DNA of 64,000 bases, from assembly GCF_016432865.1 (NCBI RefSeq), contig NC_067400.1:556140001-556204000 (forward strand), written 5' to 3'. A program made the position numbers and the translations under genes. The notes beneath the pieces are model-generated. The model saw only the letters and a list, made by a program, of their open reading frames with translations. It was not told where the DNA came from and did not search any database. The stretch is from Antechinus flavipes. Lineage: Eukaryota. Every line of letters begins with the position of its first letter. Within the stretch, counting starts at the first letter, position 1. Positions 26,393 to 39,689 of this stretch are shown in pieces.

Positions 26393-27352
26393 TCAGTGTT
26401 CTTGCCCAACTCTCCTTCTGGCCCCATTAGACTGGAAGAAGTGCAAGATCTTCTCACGGATCTGTTTGGTCTTGATAGTATAGACAATGGGATTGAGCAC
26501 AGGGGGCATGAGAAAGTGCAGGTAGGAGAGGAGTACCCGGATGCAGGGAGAAGCTTGCTTCCCAAAGCGGTGGATCATGGACAGACCAATCATGGGCGTA
26601 TAGAAAAGCAGCACTGCACAGATGTGTGAGACGCATGTATTAAGGGCCTTAAGCCTCTCTGCCTGGGAAGCAATGGCCAGGACTGCATGGAGGATCAGCA
26701 CATAGGAAGCCACGATAAGCATGGAGTCCAAGCCAAGAGTGGAGAGTACCACAAAGAGCCCATAAGCACTGTTGACACGAGTGTCCGCACAAGCAAGCTT
26801 CATGACATCTGGATGCAGGCAATAAGAATGGGACAGTTGACCAGAATGGCAGTAGGGAAGCCTTTTCAACATGATGGGGGCAGGGACATGGAGCCCAACA
26901 CTTCGGACTATAATCGCAAAGCCCAGGCCTGCAACTCGGGGACTGGGCAGGATGGTTGTGTAGCGCAGTGGATTACAAATGGCCACAAAGCGGTCAAAAG
27001 CCATGGAGAGAAGCACGGAGGATTCCATGATAGAAAAAGTGTGGATGAAAAAGAGCTGAGCTAAGCAGGCATTCACCTCCACCTCCTGCTGGCCCAGCAG
27101 GTAAATGGCTAGCATAGAGGGCAGGGTGGAAAAAGAAAGGCCCAGGTCAGTCATGGCCAGCATGGACAAGAAGTAGTACATTGGCTGGTGAAGGACTGTT
27201 TCTGACTTTACCACCCACAAGATCAAGCTGTTTCCAGCCACAGCCACTATATACATGGTGCACAATGGGATAGAGAGCCAGATGTACATTTTCTCTAGGC
27301 CTGGAAGGCCCATGAGGAGAAATGTAGTGCCATTGTGATTTAAGGTCTGCAT
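26393..27352 (-). CDS. Class I olfactory receptor, OR51 family, intact 319 aa
   Basis: LHQPMYYFLSMLAMTDLGLS, MAFDRFVAICNPLRY, SHSYCLHPDVMKLAC, KALNTCVSH, HRFGK and NPIVYTIKTKQIR motifs. Confidence 0.95.
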   Translation of the reverse strand: MQTLNHNGTTFLLMGLPGLEKMYIWLSIPLCTMYIVAVAGNSLILWVVKSETVLHQPMYYFLSMLAMTDLGLSFSTLPSMLAIYLLGQQEVEVNACLAQLFFIHTFSIMESSVLLSMAFDRFVAICNPLRYTTILPSPRVAGLGFAIIVRSVGLHVPAPIMLKRLPYCHSGQLSHSYCLHPDVMKLACADTRVNSAYGLFVVLSTLGLDSMLIVASYVLILHAVLAIASQAERLKALNTCVSHICAVLLFYTPMIGLSMIHRFGKQASPCIRVLLSYLHFLMPPVLNPIVYTIKTKQIREKILHFFQSNGARRRVGQEH

Positions 27353-27415
27353 GGTTCTTGGGAGGATGGAGCAGTTCTCGGGGGAATGTGGAACTTTACT
27401 GAGTCATCAATAGTT

Positions 27416-27496
27416 CTGGAATCAAAGGAGACAACCAGTTAGGAAACTGTCTTCCCCCCAAAAAATTCTCAAACCAGAAGGTCACCACTGTCTTAC
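27416..27496 (-). promoter_or_regulatory. Candidate 81-nt intron in the 5'UTR of the OR51 gene
   Basis: Minus strand: TAA|GTAAGA donor at 27496, cctaac branch-like motif, pyrimidine tract and ttccag acceptor at 27416. Confidence 0.4.
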
Positions 27497-30410
27497 TTAT
27501 CCCATGATGTGACCAGGTAGTCTCCATATTCCAGGCCTGACCATTAAGGGAAGACTCAAGAAGAAGTTTAAAGAATTTAGTTCAGAACCAATGAAGGTCC
27601 AGTAAGGAGACCTATGTCAATGGACTCAAGACAAAAGAAGCCTTGGGAGGATAATAGACAAAAATCTTTAAATATCACACTTCCTGGGATCATAATATGC
27701 CAAATCTGGGGATTCCTGAGCAATCATTTAGTCCCTCAGTTTACAGAAGAGTAAACTGAAGACCAGATAACATATTATTTGCTCAATCTTCTAGAGCCCT
27801 CAGGGAAACATCTCAAGTCTGGGTGGATTTCCTTCTCATCCCACTTTACCAACTATCTGCTCTTAACTTTTGTAGTCCATTGTTTCTCTTCTTGGAACTT
27901 GGCAGGACAGAACAGTCTCCTGGCTTCTCCCATTTCCTTCCTCTTACTGAGGCACACACACAATACCTGTGAGGTTTTCTGGGATTGTTTTACCAACTAA
28001 TTCAGATAACCAAATGGGAATAAAAAGAATAAACACAGGGAAAGGTTCAAAGTCTTACATAAAAAGTGAATTCTTTGGTCCCACAGGCAGACCTTGAAAA
28101 GTATACCTATTTTGGAATATCAATAAAGTTCACCCCTCCCTCCCTTTGCTTATCTTGCTCTATTATTGCTTACATGTCTCTGTTCTTGCAAGATTGGATC
28201 ACAATATTTATGAGACTGGCCACTCCAGATTATATTTTTCAATACTGTTATTCTTGGGTTCTATCTTCTGCTGACAAGAAGGTTGCCATCCTGGACTCTT
28301 CACATGTAATAGAGCCCTAAAGAGGGAAATAAAAGCACATATAGGTTCTAATTGTTGTCATTGGTGATATAAAGGACTCAGTTTTAGGGTGAACTATAAT
28401 AAGCTCAGTTTTGAACATATAAATTTAGGGTTATGAGAGATTATTGGATAGTTAGATTTAAAGCTGTAAGGGATCACAAAAGGTCATCTTCCTCAAGCTT
28501 GTCATTTTGCAGATGAACAAACAGAGGAGTGGGTAGTGTAAATGACTTATTCAGAGTCAGAAATGTAAGTTGTATAAATATGAAACAAGGACTTCTGGAT
28601 GTAAATCCAGAATTCTTTCCCACTATACTTTTATGCTGCCATGTAATACTGAAAGTATAAAAATAATATTTAACATGATTGTCATTATCATCATCACTTT
28701 CTTATATGTCCTGATGGAATTTAGATATGTTTGGAGCTCAGAAAAGTTGTTAGAGATTTGAAATATGGAAGGGAAATGGGGGGGTTGTCATACTCAAAAC
28801 TATGATAATTGAATCAGCAAAAATGAATATGATACATGGAATTTGATAGTGTAGGGAGAGAAGAACAATGAGCCATGGTCAGATCTTCAGGAACATCCAT
28901 ATTAATGTGTGAAAAAGAAGGTATAAAGTTAATAAAGTGAAAAGGACTCAGAATTCCAGGTGCATCAGATGCCTTTAATACAGAAAGTTTTCACAGAAAT
29001 AGAAAAGAACAGAAGGAAAAAGATGATGAACAGCATCAAATAATGTAGAGAAGTCGAAGAGATTGTGCTACCAAAAACTGTCTGGAAAAAAAAAAAAACA
29101 CGTTATGCTTATACTATGTACTTTAGAATTTCCTAATTTATATACAACTTCCTCACATTGTGCCTGTTTTTAGCACTCTAAACAGGTGATTACACTGAGA
29201 AGAATACTACTGTTGACTCTTTGTAGAGGAGAGAAGTATTAAAAAAAAAAAAGAAGATAAGCATTTGACACTGAGATTATATCCTTCAAGTGGCCAAGTG
29301 TGAATCCCAGATATGGGGCAGTATTAAAATCAATGATCTTCCTCTTTGAAGTGACACAAGAAACTGTATGGTGTAAGAGAAGTGACACTGATATAAGAAG
29401 ACCAGAATTATTCTGCTACTTCATCTGGATGTAGATTTGTAATTGAAAAAAAAAAGTCAATAAGTCCAACCTCCTCATTTTTTCAGATGAGGAAACAGGT
29501 TAAGTGAGTTGTTTGGCATCACACAGCTACTGTTCAAGAAAGGATTCAAATCAAAATCTTGGGATTACAAGTTCAGGGTTCTAATCCACAAACCAGGAAT
29601 TCTTAACCATTTTTGTCATGGACTCTTCTGACAATCTAATGAAACATATAAGCCCATGCTCTGAATCATGTTTTTAAAAACACAAAATAAAATATATAGG
29701 ATCACAAAATAATCTAAATATGATTAGTATAATAATTTCCAAAGATTTTTTTAAACCAAGACCATGGACTTTAGGACTTGTGTTCAGGTACTAGGTAGTA
29801 ACTATATGCCACTTGATTCATCTATAAAATGAGGGAAATCATCCCTGTCCCAACCTCTTAATAGAATTAATGTAAGGAGGAAATGAGAGATAATGAATGT
29901 TAAATTGTTTTAACTATTAGTTACTAAATAACTCTAAATGATTATTATTGATTAGGATATTAATAGTCTTTAACACTCTAAAATTTTAAAAAGTTCTTTT
30001 TTTTTTTTAACCATCCATTAAAGTTACAGAAGTCAAATAACATCAGTCTCTTTCCTCACTGGAAGAAATGTGAGTTTCATAACATTGTTACTTGTCCAGG
30101 ATCACATAGATATAATGTAAGTCTGGGATGGAATTTAAAATCAGTTCTATCTTAATTCAAGTTCACTTTTCTATCATCTTTCTCCATACTGCCTTTTAGG
30201 TTGATCATTGGCTTAGAGATAAAGAAATGTAAGAATCAGAATGTGAAACTTATATAAGTCTAGTTTAGGTGACTCTTGTCTAAATCTGTTGACATCTATT
30301 TAGTAGCTTTTTCCTAAGGTTTTGCTGAAGCCTTTAGTTATGCCCCACAAAGATCTCAACAATGTTATGAAATTGCTTTCTCATATCCCTCTGCAAAGAC
30401 AGTAATACTG

Positions 30411-30620
30411 ACTCACCAGCAACCCACAGACCAGACTTCAGATGCTCTTCTTCTCCAAAAGACAGATTGTCAGAAGGACAGCAATTTTACTTGCGGTCAT
30501 TACACAGCATCCTGGGGATTGCTTCCCCCAAGGAACATAGTATTGGGATACTGGGATTTTGGCCTTAATCTAGCATTAACCACTGCCAAACAAAATTTAT
30601 TGAAGCCCTAGAGGATCTCT
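30411..30620 (-). promoter_or_regulatory. Candidate first exon and promoter of the OR51 gene at 27352
   Basis: Strong donor CTG|GTGAGT at 30416 (minus); O/E-like TCCCCAGGA at 30510-30518 and a second O/E-like site at 30523-30534. Confidence 0.35.
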
Positions 30621-32039
30621 GAAGACTATTAGCAAACAGGACTTTCTAAAGATCTCAATTTCACAGATTGTTAGATCAGATTCAGGGCTACCCTTCTATG
30701 GAAACATGTCAACAAGTGTTGACACCATGTTTTAGTCTTAATATATGCTGCTAAATCTAGCCTGAGGCTGTAGTGAGGAGATTCATCTAAATATTATTTA
30801 GATACCTCCAATGTGCAATGTGCAAGACTTTGTGTTGGATGCTGAGATACAAAGATCAATAGCATGCAGTTCCTAGAAAGGTTTGCAATCTTAGATGAGG
30901 GATTAGAGAGGAACCACAAAGTAATGAAAAAAAAATTTCCACGAAGTTCAGATCATTTACACTTATGAGAATATGAGGCAATTTTATGGAGTTGGAATTT
31001 GAATGGAGCTTCAATTATAATTTTAAAAGATTTATAAATAAAGATATTATAGGTGAATTCTTTCAGTTAGAACAATTGGGGATGTTTACTTTGGAGTAGA
31101 AACGATGAAGGTATGGGGAATGATCATAAAAGACTTCTTTGAATACTGGGAATGTTGCCATGTAGGAGAGAGATAAAACTGGTTTCCTTTGGTCCCCAAG
31201 GGCAGATACTAGAAAAAAAATAACAGAAATGAAATGGACAAATTTAGATCTATTGAAAGATAAATAAACAAACAGATAAATGAATGAATAAATGAATCAG
31301 CAAACAGATAAATGAATGAACAAAAAATAGTCAACCAAATAGATGAATACATATATAAATGTGCAAATGCATGCGTGAATGAATGGATAAACTAACTTCA
31401 CAATAATTAGAAATATCTAAAAGTGAAATGGGCTTCCTTTGAACAAGATAGATTTTTCCTCATTGGAAGATGTATGATCACTAATATGCATATTATATGT
31501 ATATCATCTCAATCATATGTGTATCATGGGGACTTCTTTTGGGATATGGCCACTGAAGTCCCATCTAACTGAAATGTTGCCATCATATCAATGTCAAAAG
31601 CAAAGACACAAGTACAAGGAATAAGTTTAGAGAAGGGAACATGGTCCACTTTCTCAGAAGTTAGATCTTGATGGAGAAATGCATAAAAAAAGAGGTAAAG
31701 TTATATGAGACTTACACTATAGATGACCCTGAATTCCAGGCTTAGATATTTGGCTGTATTTTTCAGGAAACCCCCTGCTTTCTTCCTGATCTAGGCTAGA
31801 ATTCAAGACTGAAAAAATTGTCAAAGTTCTTTAGGCCCTAAGTCTCATTTTATCTTGAAAGATCTCTTTGCAGATGGTCAGATCTAGATTATTCTACTGA
31901 CACATTGAGTCTAGGGTTAGGGATTCTGAAGGATTGAAGATGAATCAAGTTCATTGATTCTGATTTCTAGTCATATCTTGTTTACATTCTGATCTGGTAG
32001 TGTCATAGCCTGAATGATAATATCTAATAATACCTACCT

Positions 32040-32260
32040 AGCATTAATATAATGATTTAAGGTTTATAAAGCACTTTGTGTATCTTAGGTCATTTGAGCC
32101 TCCCAGCAACCCTTTGAGTTATTATTATTGTCATCTCCACTTTACAAATGAGGAAAATGACCCTGAAAGAAGTTAAGTAATTTGCTCAGGATTGCATAGC
32201 TAAGTAAGCATTCAAGGCAGAATTTGAAGCCAGTTCTTCATGATCTAGTATTCCTAGTAG
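32040..32260 (-). mobile_element. MIR/CORE-SINE-like element
   Basis: ccactttacaaatgaggaaaatga..gttaagtaatttgctcagg..gaatttgaagccag motif string. Confidence 0.6.
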
Positions 32261-33129
32261 TCCACCTGTTGGACCACCATTACCCACTGCCTGTACACTT
32301 CCACCACTGCCTGTCTGTACCCTCAAGTAAATTCAGCAAAATCAGCAGTGGAAGCCCTAATTCATTACATAATTGCTTATGAATTAAACCTGGATACAAT
32401 TGTAAACTTACGATCAGGTCTTATGCTAATTCTGTCTTTCTTATACATGTTTTGCAATGTCCTGCCCAACATGGATACAGAGCTTGTTTGCAAGAAATAT
32501 TGGAGGCTCTAACAAGTAAAAAAGAAACAGAAGTTCACAGATAGAAGGGACATCACAGTCCATTTAGTCCAATTCACGCCTGACTAGGCATCTTCTCTCC
32601 AAAATGCCAAATAAGTGATTATAAAGTGTCCAAATTAAAAACCTACATTAAAATTTAGCTCACCAGATATTCTACTTTGAATATTAGAAAATATTGGAGT
32701 TTTTCTTTGTTTTTTTTTTCTGCTTACATGAAGTTGGGATCTGCCTCTCTTCTATTTTTTTCTCCTAATTCTATTTTTTCTGTCATTAGTAGACCAATTT
32801 TAATTTCTTCTCCATATTTTAGCTCATCATATATTTAAATATTTGATAGCTATCATGTTTTCCCTAAATCTTCTATTTTCAAAGAAAATTCCCAAGATCT
32901 TTCGAAGGAATGAAGTCAAGTACTTTCACCATCAAAGACACTCTCCTTCAGTTATATTCCATAATTTCATTGTATTTCCTAAAATGTAGCTCCCAGAATT
33001 GTTAAGAATCCCCCCACATTTTAGATTCTTCTTTGCAAGGTCCTTGAGGTTAGGCACTGTATTTTGCTTCTTTTTGTATGCCCAGAAATACCTAGCATGT
33101 CTGTTGTTCAGTCAATTCAATTGATCCTA

Positions 33130-33320
33130 CCCTTAGTGACCCTATTTGAGTGGTTTGTCATTTCCTTCTTCAACTTATTTTACAGATGAAGAAACTGAGT
33201 TAAATAGAGTTAAATGTCTCATCCAAGGTCACTCAGCTAGTAAGTATCTGAAGCCAGATTTGAACTTAGCTTTTCTGAGTCCACGTCCAGAGTTCTCTTC
33301 ACTGTGCAATTTAGCACATA
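33130..33320 (-). mobile_element. MIR/CORE-SINE-like element
   Basis: attttacagatgaagaaactgag..gttaaatgtctcatccaaggtcactcagctag..gatttgaactt. Confidence 0.65.
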
Positions 33321-35372
33321 GTATATGACTTATAGATGCTCATTGATTCAGCAAAGACAGAGGGTAGGGACTGTCACCTCTGTGAATTAAGATGCTATAA
33401 CTTTATCTCACAAAAACAGCAAAGAGGACAGATGATGGAAACAATGTTGGAGGAAGTATAGAATCATAGATTTATAGCTAGAAGATTCCTAAGAGGTAAT
33501 GTAGGCAAAATCCTCATTCTATAGATATAGAAATTGAAGCTCAGAGAGTATAAATTACTTGCTAAAAAATTCTATAAAAAATTGCAGAATTTGAGGCTGT
33601 TTCTTCTTTGGTTCCATAATCATCACTCCCTAAATTAATCTCTAATTATTTATTCAACCAATACCAGTGAGACTATATTTGGAACATTAAACAGGAATAT
33701 GACTCTGCTTGAAGTCTCCCAGACAAAAGATTCATAGACTTTTAACTACAATCTATCCAAGGCAGCACATATTATGGATTTTGTTGTAATGGAGGTCTTA
33801 GATATTTAACAATTACCAAAAAAAAATGTAGCATGACAACTTATAAGTTTGATCATTATTATTAACATTTTCTTTATCATTCAAAAATACATCAAACCCT
33901 GCTTTATGGTGTTTATTGAGTTTTGTTCTATAAATGCTCACATTGAAAATTTAACAATCAGTTTTTGAAGAGCTGTTGGAACAGGCCCCAGATGAGATTC
34001 CTTTCTAGGTCTAGAATTCATGATCTTAATGCCTGTGAGACTTCCGTGAGGATGCAAATGCCCATCATTTTAAAGGACTAATTAAGACTCAACAGCAGTC
34101 TGACTACTTCTGGTGATGGTAGAATGCATGGTTAGAGGCCCATTTAAGAGTTTTAATCATGAAAGTAGAGAAATACAGCATTTGGGGTATGAGACTGATG
34201 ATATCTGGAATGACTGAAAAGTCAGGGGTTCATATCATGAAAGATTAATTTCAATGAGGAAAAATGACAATTTAAATATTAGTTTGAGAGTGGAATTGGA
34301 GAATTCAAAAAATTTCAATTTTTCTCTGTCATCAAATTCCCTTATCATCTGTCTCACTTTCTCATTATACAAATGAGGAAACACAAATAATAGATTTTCA
34401 TCTACCTGACATATGCTAAGTACTATATAAAGACTATCTATTGTTTTTTTTTTTCTTCTTGTAGTAAACAAATAGATTTAACAGCGAAAACATTTGATGA
34501 ATTTTTCAAAAAATAGTGCCTTTGAGCACAAAGGAAGAGGCATGATATATATGCTTTCTTTGTCTCTTTAGCATGTAGTCTGGTGTCTGGCACATAATAA
34601 GCAATTTATAAATGTTTGCTGACTGTCTTTCTTAAAACAAAGATTTCTGAATGACTGAGGAAGGACAAAAAGGAAGTAGGTTTGCTTCATCTCTATGTAC
34701 AGGGTATGACCTTATCCAGGACCTGTTTCCCTGAAAGAATGCAGTTTTGGAATGTAGAAATATCTTCTGAGTTCCATACTGTGAATATTCACAGTTTTTT
34801 ATAATATTGTATTATAAATTATAAATATTTTAAAATAAAATTAAAATATTCTTTTATTTAAACAATATCAATGACAATAATAAATTGTATTTGCATTGTT
34901 TTTAAATCCAATATTTACTGGTACAATATTCAAAATTCTTTTTACTTCATTTACAATGTAGGAAAATAAGATTATGTTTCTCAAATTATATGTTCTTTAA
35001 AGTGAAAGTTCCTTGCATTCAATTTTCAAACTGTTCTTATGTCAGCTATCTTTCTGGATAAAGTGATATTTTTATATCATATGATATTTTCAGTGTATGT
35101 CTGTTTCTTTCTCCCACTAAATTGGTACATCCTGAAAAGCAGAAATTGTGATTTCTCCATCATACTGGGGGTTCCTTAAGGGCTGAAACCATTTCTTCCC
35201 TTTTATAATAGGCCTTACACAGCAAGAAAAGAGTCATGTAGGATCAGTCACTCCTTTGCTCCATTTAATTGATGCAGAAAAACATAAAGATATACCTCCT
35301 GGTTTGTATTCCTAGGAAATTTTGTTCAAAACAATTATTCAAGACACCATACAGGTTCCCATGTTGAGAATT

Positions 35373-36317
35373 TCAGAACTTCTTAGGATGGAGCATCCTA
35401 AGGATTCGGACTCTGATTTCCTTGGTCTTGATGCTGTAGACAATGGGATTGAGCATAGGGGGAACAAGAAAATGCAGGTAAGAGAGAAGCATATAGACCT
35501 GGGCTGGCAACTTTTTCCCAAAACGATGAATCATGGACAGGCTGACTAGTGGAGTGTAGAAGAGCAGGACAGCAAAAATGTGTGAGATGCAGGTATTGAG
35601 AGCCTTGAGCCGTTCTGCATGGGAGGCAATGCTCAGAACAGTATAGAGAATCAACACATAAGACAAGAGAATGAGCAGAGCATCTAGCCCCAAAGTGGAG
35701 AGCATCACAAAGAGCCCGAGGGCACTGTTGACCCGGGTGTTAGAGCAGGACAGCTTTAGAACATCAGGGTGGACACAGTAGGAATGAGACAAGGCGCTGA
35801 TGGACTTGAAATTCAGGTTGTTAAGGAGAACAGGCAAGGGCAGATGAAGGGCAGCGCTTCGAGTGACAATTGCCAATCCAATGGCACCAATGCGCCAGTT
35901 GGTAAGGATTGTGGCGTAACGCAGTGGCTCACGAATGGCAACACAGCGGTCAAAAGCCATGGCGAGAAGCACAGCAGATTCAATGACTGAGAAGGTGTGG
36001 ATAAAGAATAACTGGGCAAAGCATGCAGCTGCATTTATCTTTCTATGGCCCAGAAGAAAGACAGCCACCATGGAGGGCATTGTGGAGGCAGAGAGACCCA
36101 AGTCTGCCATTGAGAGCATGGAGAGGAAAAGGTACATTGGGGTGTGGAGGCTAGGCACGGACTTGACAATGTACATGATGGCAATGTTTCCCAGGAAAGA
36201 GAGGAAGTAGATCGAACAGACAGGGAGGGCTGTCCAGTGGTGGGCATCTTCCAGCCCTGGCAGGTCCATCAAGATGAAGATGAAGGAGCTGCTATTACTG
36301 ATGTTGCAATTTACCAT
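35373..36317 (-). CDS. Class I olfactory receptor, OR51 family, intact 314 aa
   Basis: ATG at 36317 in caccATGG context (the track start at 36326 is TTG); LHTPMYLFLSMLS, MAFDRCVAIREPLRY, SHSYCVHPDVLKLSC, KALNTCISH and NPIVYSIKTKEIR. Confidence 0.93.
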   Translation of the reverse strand: MVNCNISNSSSFIFILMDLPGLEDAHHWTALPVCSIYFLSFLGNIAIMYIVKSVPSLHTPMYLFLSMLSMADLGLSASTMPSMVAVFLLGHRKINAAACFAQLFFIHTFSVIESAVLLAMAFDRCVAIREPLRYATILTNWRIGAIGLAIVTRSAALHLPLPVLLNNLNFKSISALSHSYCVHPDVLKLSCSNTRVNSALGLFVMLSTLGLDALLILLSYVLILYTVLSIASHAERLKALNTCISHIFAVLLFYTPLVSLSMIHRFGKKLPAQVYMLLSYLHFLVPPMLNPIVYSIKTKEIRVRILRMLHPKKF

Positions 36318-37964
36318 GGTGACCAAGAGACCAGCTGCTCTTAAGCAAGATTATAAATTGAATAAATTGTCTTATTGTCTCTTCGCCTTCCAACAAAGAG
36401 ACTCAGATTCACAAATAGTGGATCTTACTATGTCTACTATTCTTTCCTCCTTGTCCTAGTTCCTTCTTGATCATCTACCCTTATATTCTTAACTATTCCT
36501 TCAGATAGATAAGTATGCATAATGGTTTAATGTGTTAGATTGTTTTGTCATGATGCAATTGGAAAATATGTTTAAGTTTTATTCAATATGCTCTTCCGTA
36601 AGAACTTTTTCAGAAAAATACTCTGATGAATTTTCTTACTGAAGAATCTTATAAATGTTTTGAACTACTGAACAATGCTTGAAGGCTTTTTAAGTAAATA
36701 ATTAAATTTGGTGACTCTTAAGTTCAGTGTCTGCAAAGTAAGAATGGAGGAAATCTTTGCATCTCTTCTGAAAGAAAGAAAAAATAGATGTAAAAGTTAG
36801 AGAAAACTTTGTTATTAGAAACTTAAATAATTGGGACTGGTAGTGGGAGCAAGAAAGAACAAAAGATGGGCTTTGCTCTAAGATTATGGGGCTGTGTCTG
36901 TTGTCCTATCAATTTTCACTCATTTTCAATTGATAGGTTAAGAAATGGGGCAAATGAGAATACAACAAAATACCTTAAATTCACAGAGAATTACTATACT
37001 CATGGACTAAAATAGGGCAATCAAAAGAAAAATTGTTTAGATTCTGAAACACATATAATTATTGACCAAAAAGAAAAAAATCCAAAAAGGAAGTTTTTGA
37101 TGCTAAGCTCATTAGGAAAATTAATGGAAAACCAACAGGAGGATCTTTAACAACAAGAATTATAAATTAAAAGAGGAAGGGGAATTTATGAAGCTTTTTG
37201 TTTAGTTTATTTCTGTTTGTTTGTTCCTTCTTACTCAATGGAAAATTAATTTGAAAAGATGTTCACATCAGTCAGACATGATGGTGAGATTGATGCAGAA
37301 TTACATGTTGAATTTACCATAGATGTTACTCTTAGACAGGAATTCTCAATTTTTTCACATGTGTCATGTAACCTCATTTTAGCAGGCAAATTATGGAAGA
37401 CTAAGAAAGGCCTGCTGTTCAGAACTATATTTGCAAATGTCTAATATACAATGCATAGACTTTCAAAAACAATTATATTATATAGTGATCAAAATAGTAA
37501 ACTTTGCATTGACCCAATATTAAGAGTGCCTATACTGAAGATTATTTTAAATCATAGCATCTGGTAACATTGATGTTTAGACATTTCTACAATTTTATAT
37601 CTTTATTTTTTAAATAAAAATAATTAATTTCCTCTCAGGAAAAATAAGTCGGGTCCTTACTCTTTGAATAATGTGGCTTTTTATGGTATATCACTGTAAT
37701 CTGAAGGTAAAGTATCTCAAATTATACTTTCCATTTTATTAATGGAAATATATGGCTTTCTATATACACATAAATATATAACTATACGTGTATATATATA
37801 TGTATATATATACATATATATATATATATACAGAAAGATGCATGTATGTATTTGTATACACACACACACAACATATTTAAAGATTCAATTTGCTCTGCTG
37901 ATTTTAGGAAGTAATGGCAAATGTCTTAAAACACTGACATTTGACCAAAGGAACAATTATTTAT

Positions 37965-38255
37965 GGGAACTTTCTTTTTTTTAATAACTTTTTATTGACA
38001 GAACCCATGACAGAGTAATTTTTTTACAGCATTATCCCTTGCACTCACTTCTGTTCTGATTTTTCCCCTCCCTCCCTCCACTCCCTCTCCCAGATGGCAA
38101 GCAGTCCTATACATGTTAAATAGATTACAGTATATCCTAGATACAATATATGTGTGTGGAACCGAACAGTTCTCTTGTTGCACAGGGAGAATTGGATTCA
38201 GAAGGTATAAATAACCCGGGAAGAAAAACAAAAATGCAAGCAGTTTATATTCATT
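37965..38255 (-). mobile_element. Young L1 3' terminus
   Basis: tttattgacagaacccatgacagagtaatttttttacagcattatcccttgcactcacttctg. Confidence 0.82.
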
Positions 38256-38399
38256 TCTATGGGAACTTTCTAATGCCAGTCACCTTTCAATAAAAATCAT
38301 TTTGGTCACCATTAGAGTTTGAGACCCCTCTACCATCCCATCAGATTGGACTTCTCAAAGAGAAGGGAATTATTCAAAAGATATGCTATTAATCAGATC

Positions 38400-38695
38400 A
38401 AATGGGTGCTCCATCCTGATCACAGTGGCATTGGGAGAAAAACACTTCCAATAAGTTGTGATTACAACTTTCATTTCCAATATTGTAAAATGTTCCTCTT
38501 GGTTTACTTGGCTTGAATAAGATGTTGGAGAATGATATTTATGATGTGATTATTACTAATGATTGCACAATCACCCTGAAGCTGCTAAAGGTTGAGTATC
38601 CAGTTACTAAAGTTCTCCATGAACTGGATGCTCTGAAAAATAAAGTTAAAGATAGAACAACATCTGTGGTAGCCAACAGAAATTGTCAGGAATGA
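38400..38695 (+). pseudogene. TCP1: TCP1 (CCT-alpha) processed pseudogene fragment, N-terminal part
   Basis: LGLLGLNKMLENDIYDVIITNDCTITLKLLKVEYPVTKVLHEL..L.NK.V.DRTTSVV aligns to TCP1 [59 protein letters not shown]; upstream tttccaatattgtaaaa matches the (A)NIVK codons; no intron-sized interruption. Confidence 0.82.
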
Positions 38696-39689
38696 AAATA
38701 TGGTGATACCAATTCAATAATATTATCATTACTTTTTATTCTACAAGGCATCTAGATATGTTAGATGTGGAAGGGTATGACTCTCTTAAACCAATACAGA
38801 GTGCTCTTTGATGGATAGAGACCATTTTACTCCTACATAATAATATACAGGGTATGCTAAGGAGAAAAGATCCATCAATGAATAATGATGATAATATCTA
38901 GCATTTTACAGTGCTTAAATGTTTGCAAAGAGCCTTATAAATATTATCTCATCAGTCTTCATAATAACTCCAGGATGTAGACAGTATTGTTATTCACATT
39001 TCACAGATGAGAGAACAAAGGCAGGTAGAAGTTAATGGCTAAATGGCGTGCCTAGGATCACATAGTTAATAGATCTCTGAGATAGAATTTGTGCTCAGAT
39101 CTTTCTCAGACCAGATCCACAGCTCTGTTTACTGTGCTTCCTTGTTGCCTCAATGAAAACACTCGAAAACCTATGGTCACTAAAGTACTATAGTTAGTAT
39201 TCAAAGAACAGTCTTTCTCTGCCTTTTTGGCTTTCAGTAAAAGGGATTTTCCTTGTAGATAAGTCTTAGTTGTTTTTAGCTTTAGAAGCAAGATAAAAGC
39301 CTCATTGTCATATCTACAAAATCTCTTTTGCTGGCTTTATTACTCAATTATAGAAAAAAATTTAAACATAAAATACATTGATGAAATAGCACATTTTGGG
39401 GAAAAAGTTTCAAGTATAGCATCAATAAGTGCAAAAGGGAAGAGTAGAATCTTTATTATTTTCATGGAGTGGTGTTAATTCAAGATCATAAGCACAGGCA
39501 AAAGGAATTGCTATAACATCGAGACTGAGAAAGGCAGCAAGGAATTCAAATTCTAAAAACCAAAGTAAAATTTTTCATTTTACTGAGGAAATAACTTTCT
39601 GGGGTTAAATAGAATTCAGAACAAAGTAGTATCTGTCTTTCTCCCCATAAAGTGACTTATGATTTCAGGAGATAAACTCTGTAAAATAA

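Noticed and set aside
26356-27064. Antisense or alternate-frame ORFs overlapping OR genes (also 35322-36459, 15864-16100, 60876-61136)
   Set aside because: Shadow frames of GC-richer OR coding sequence, with no independent motifs.
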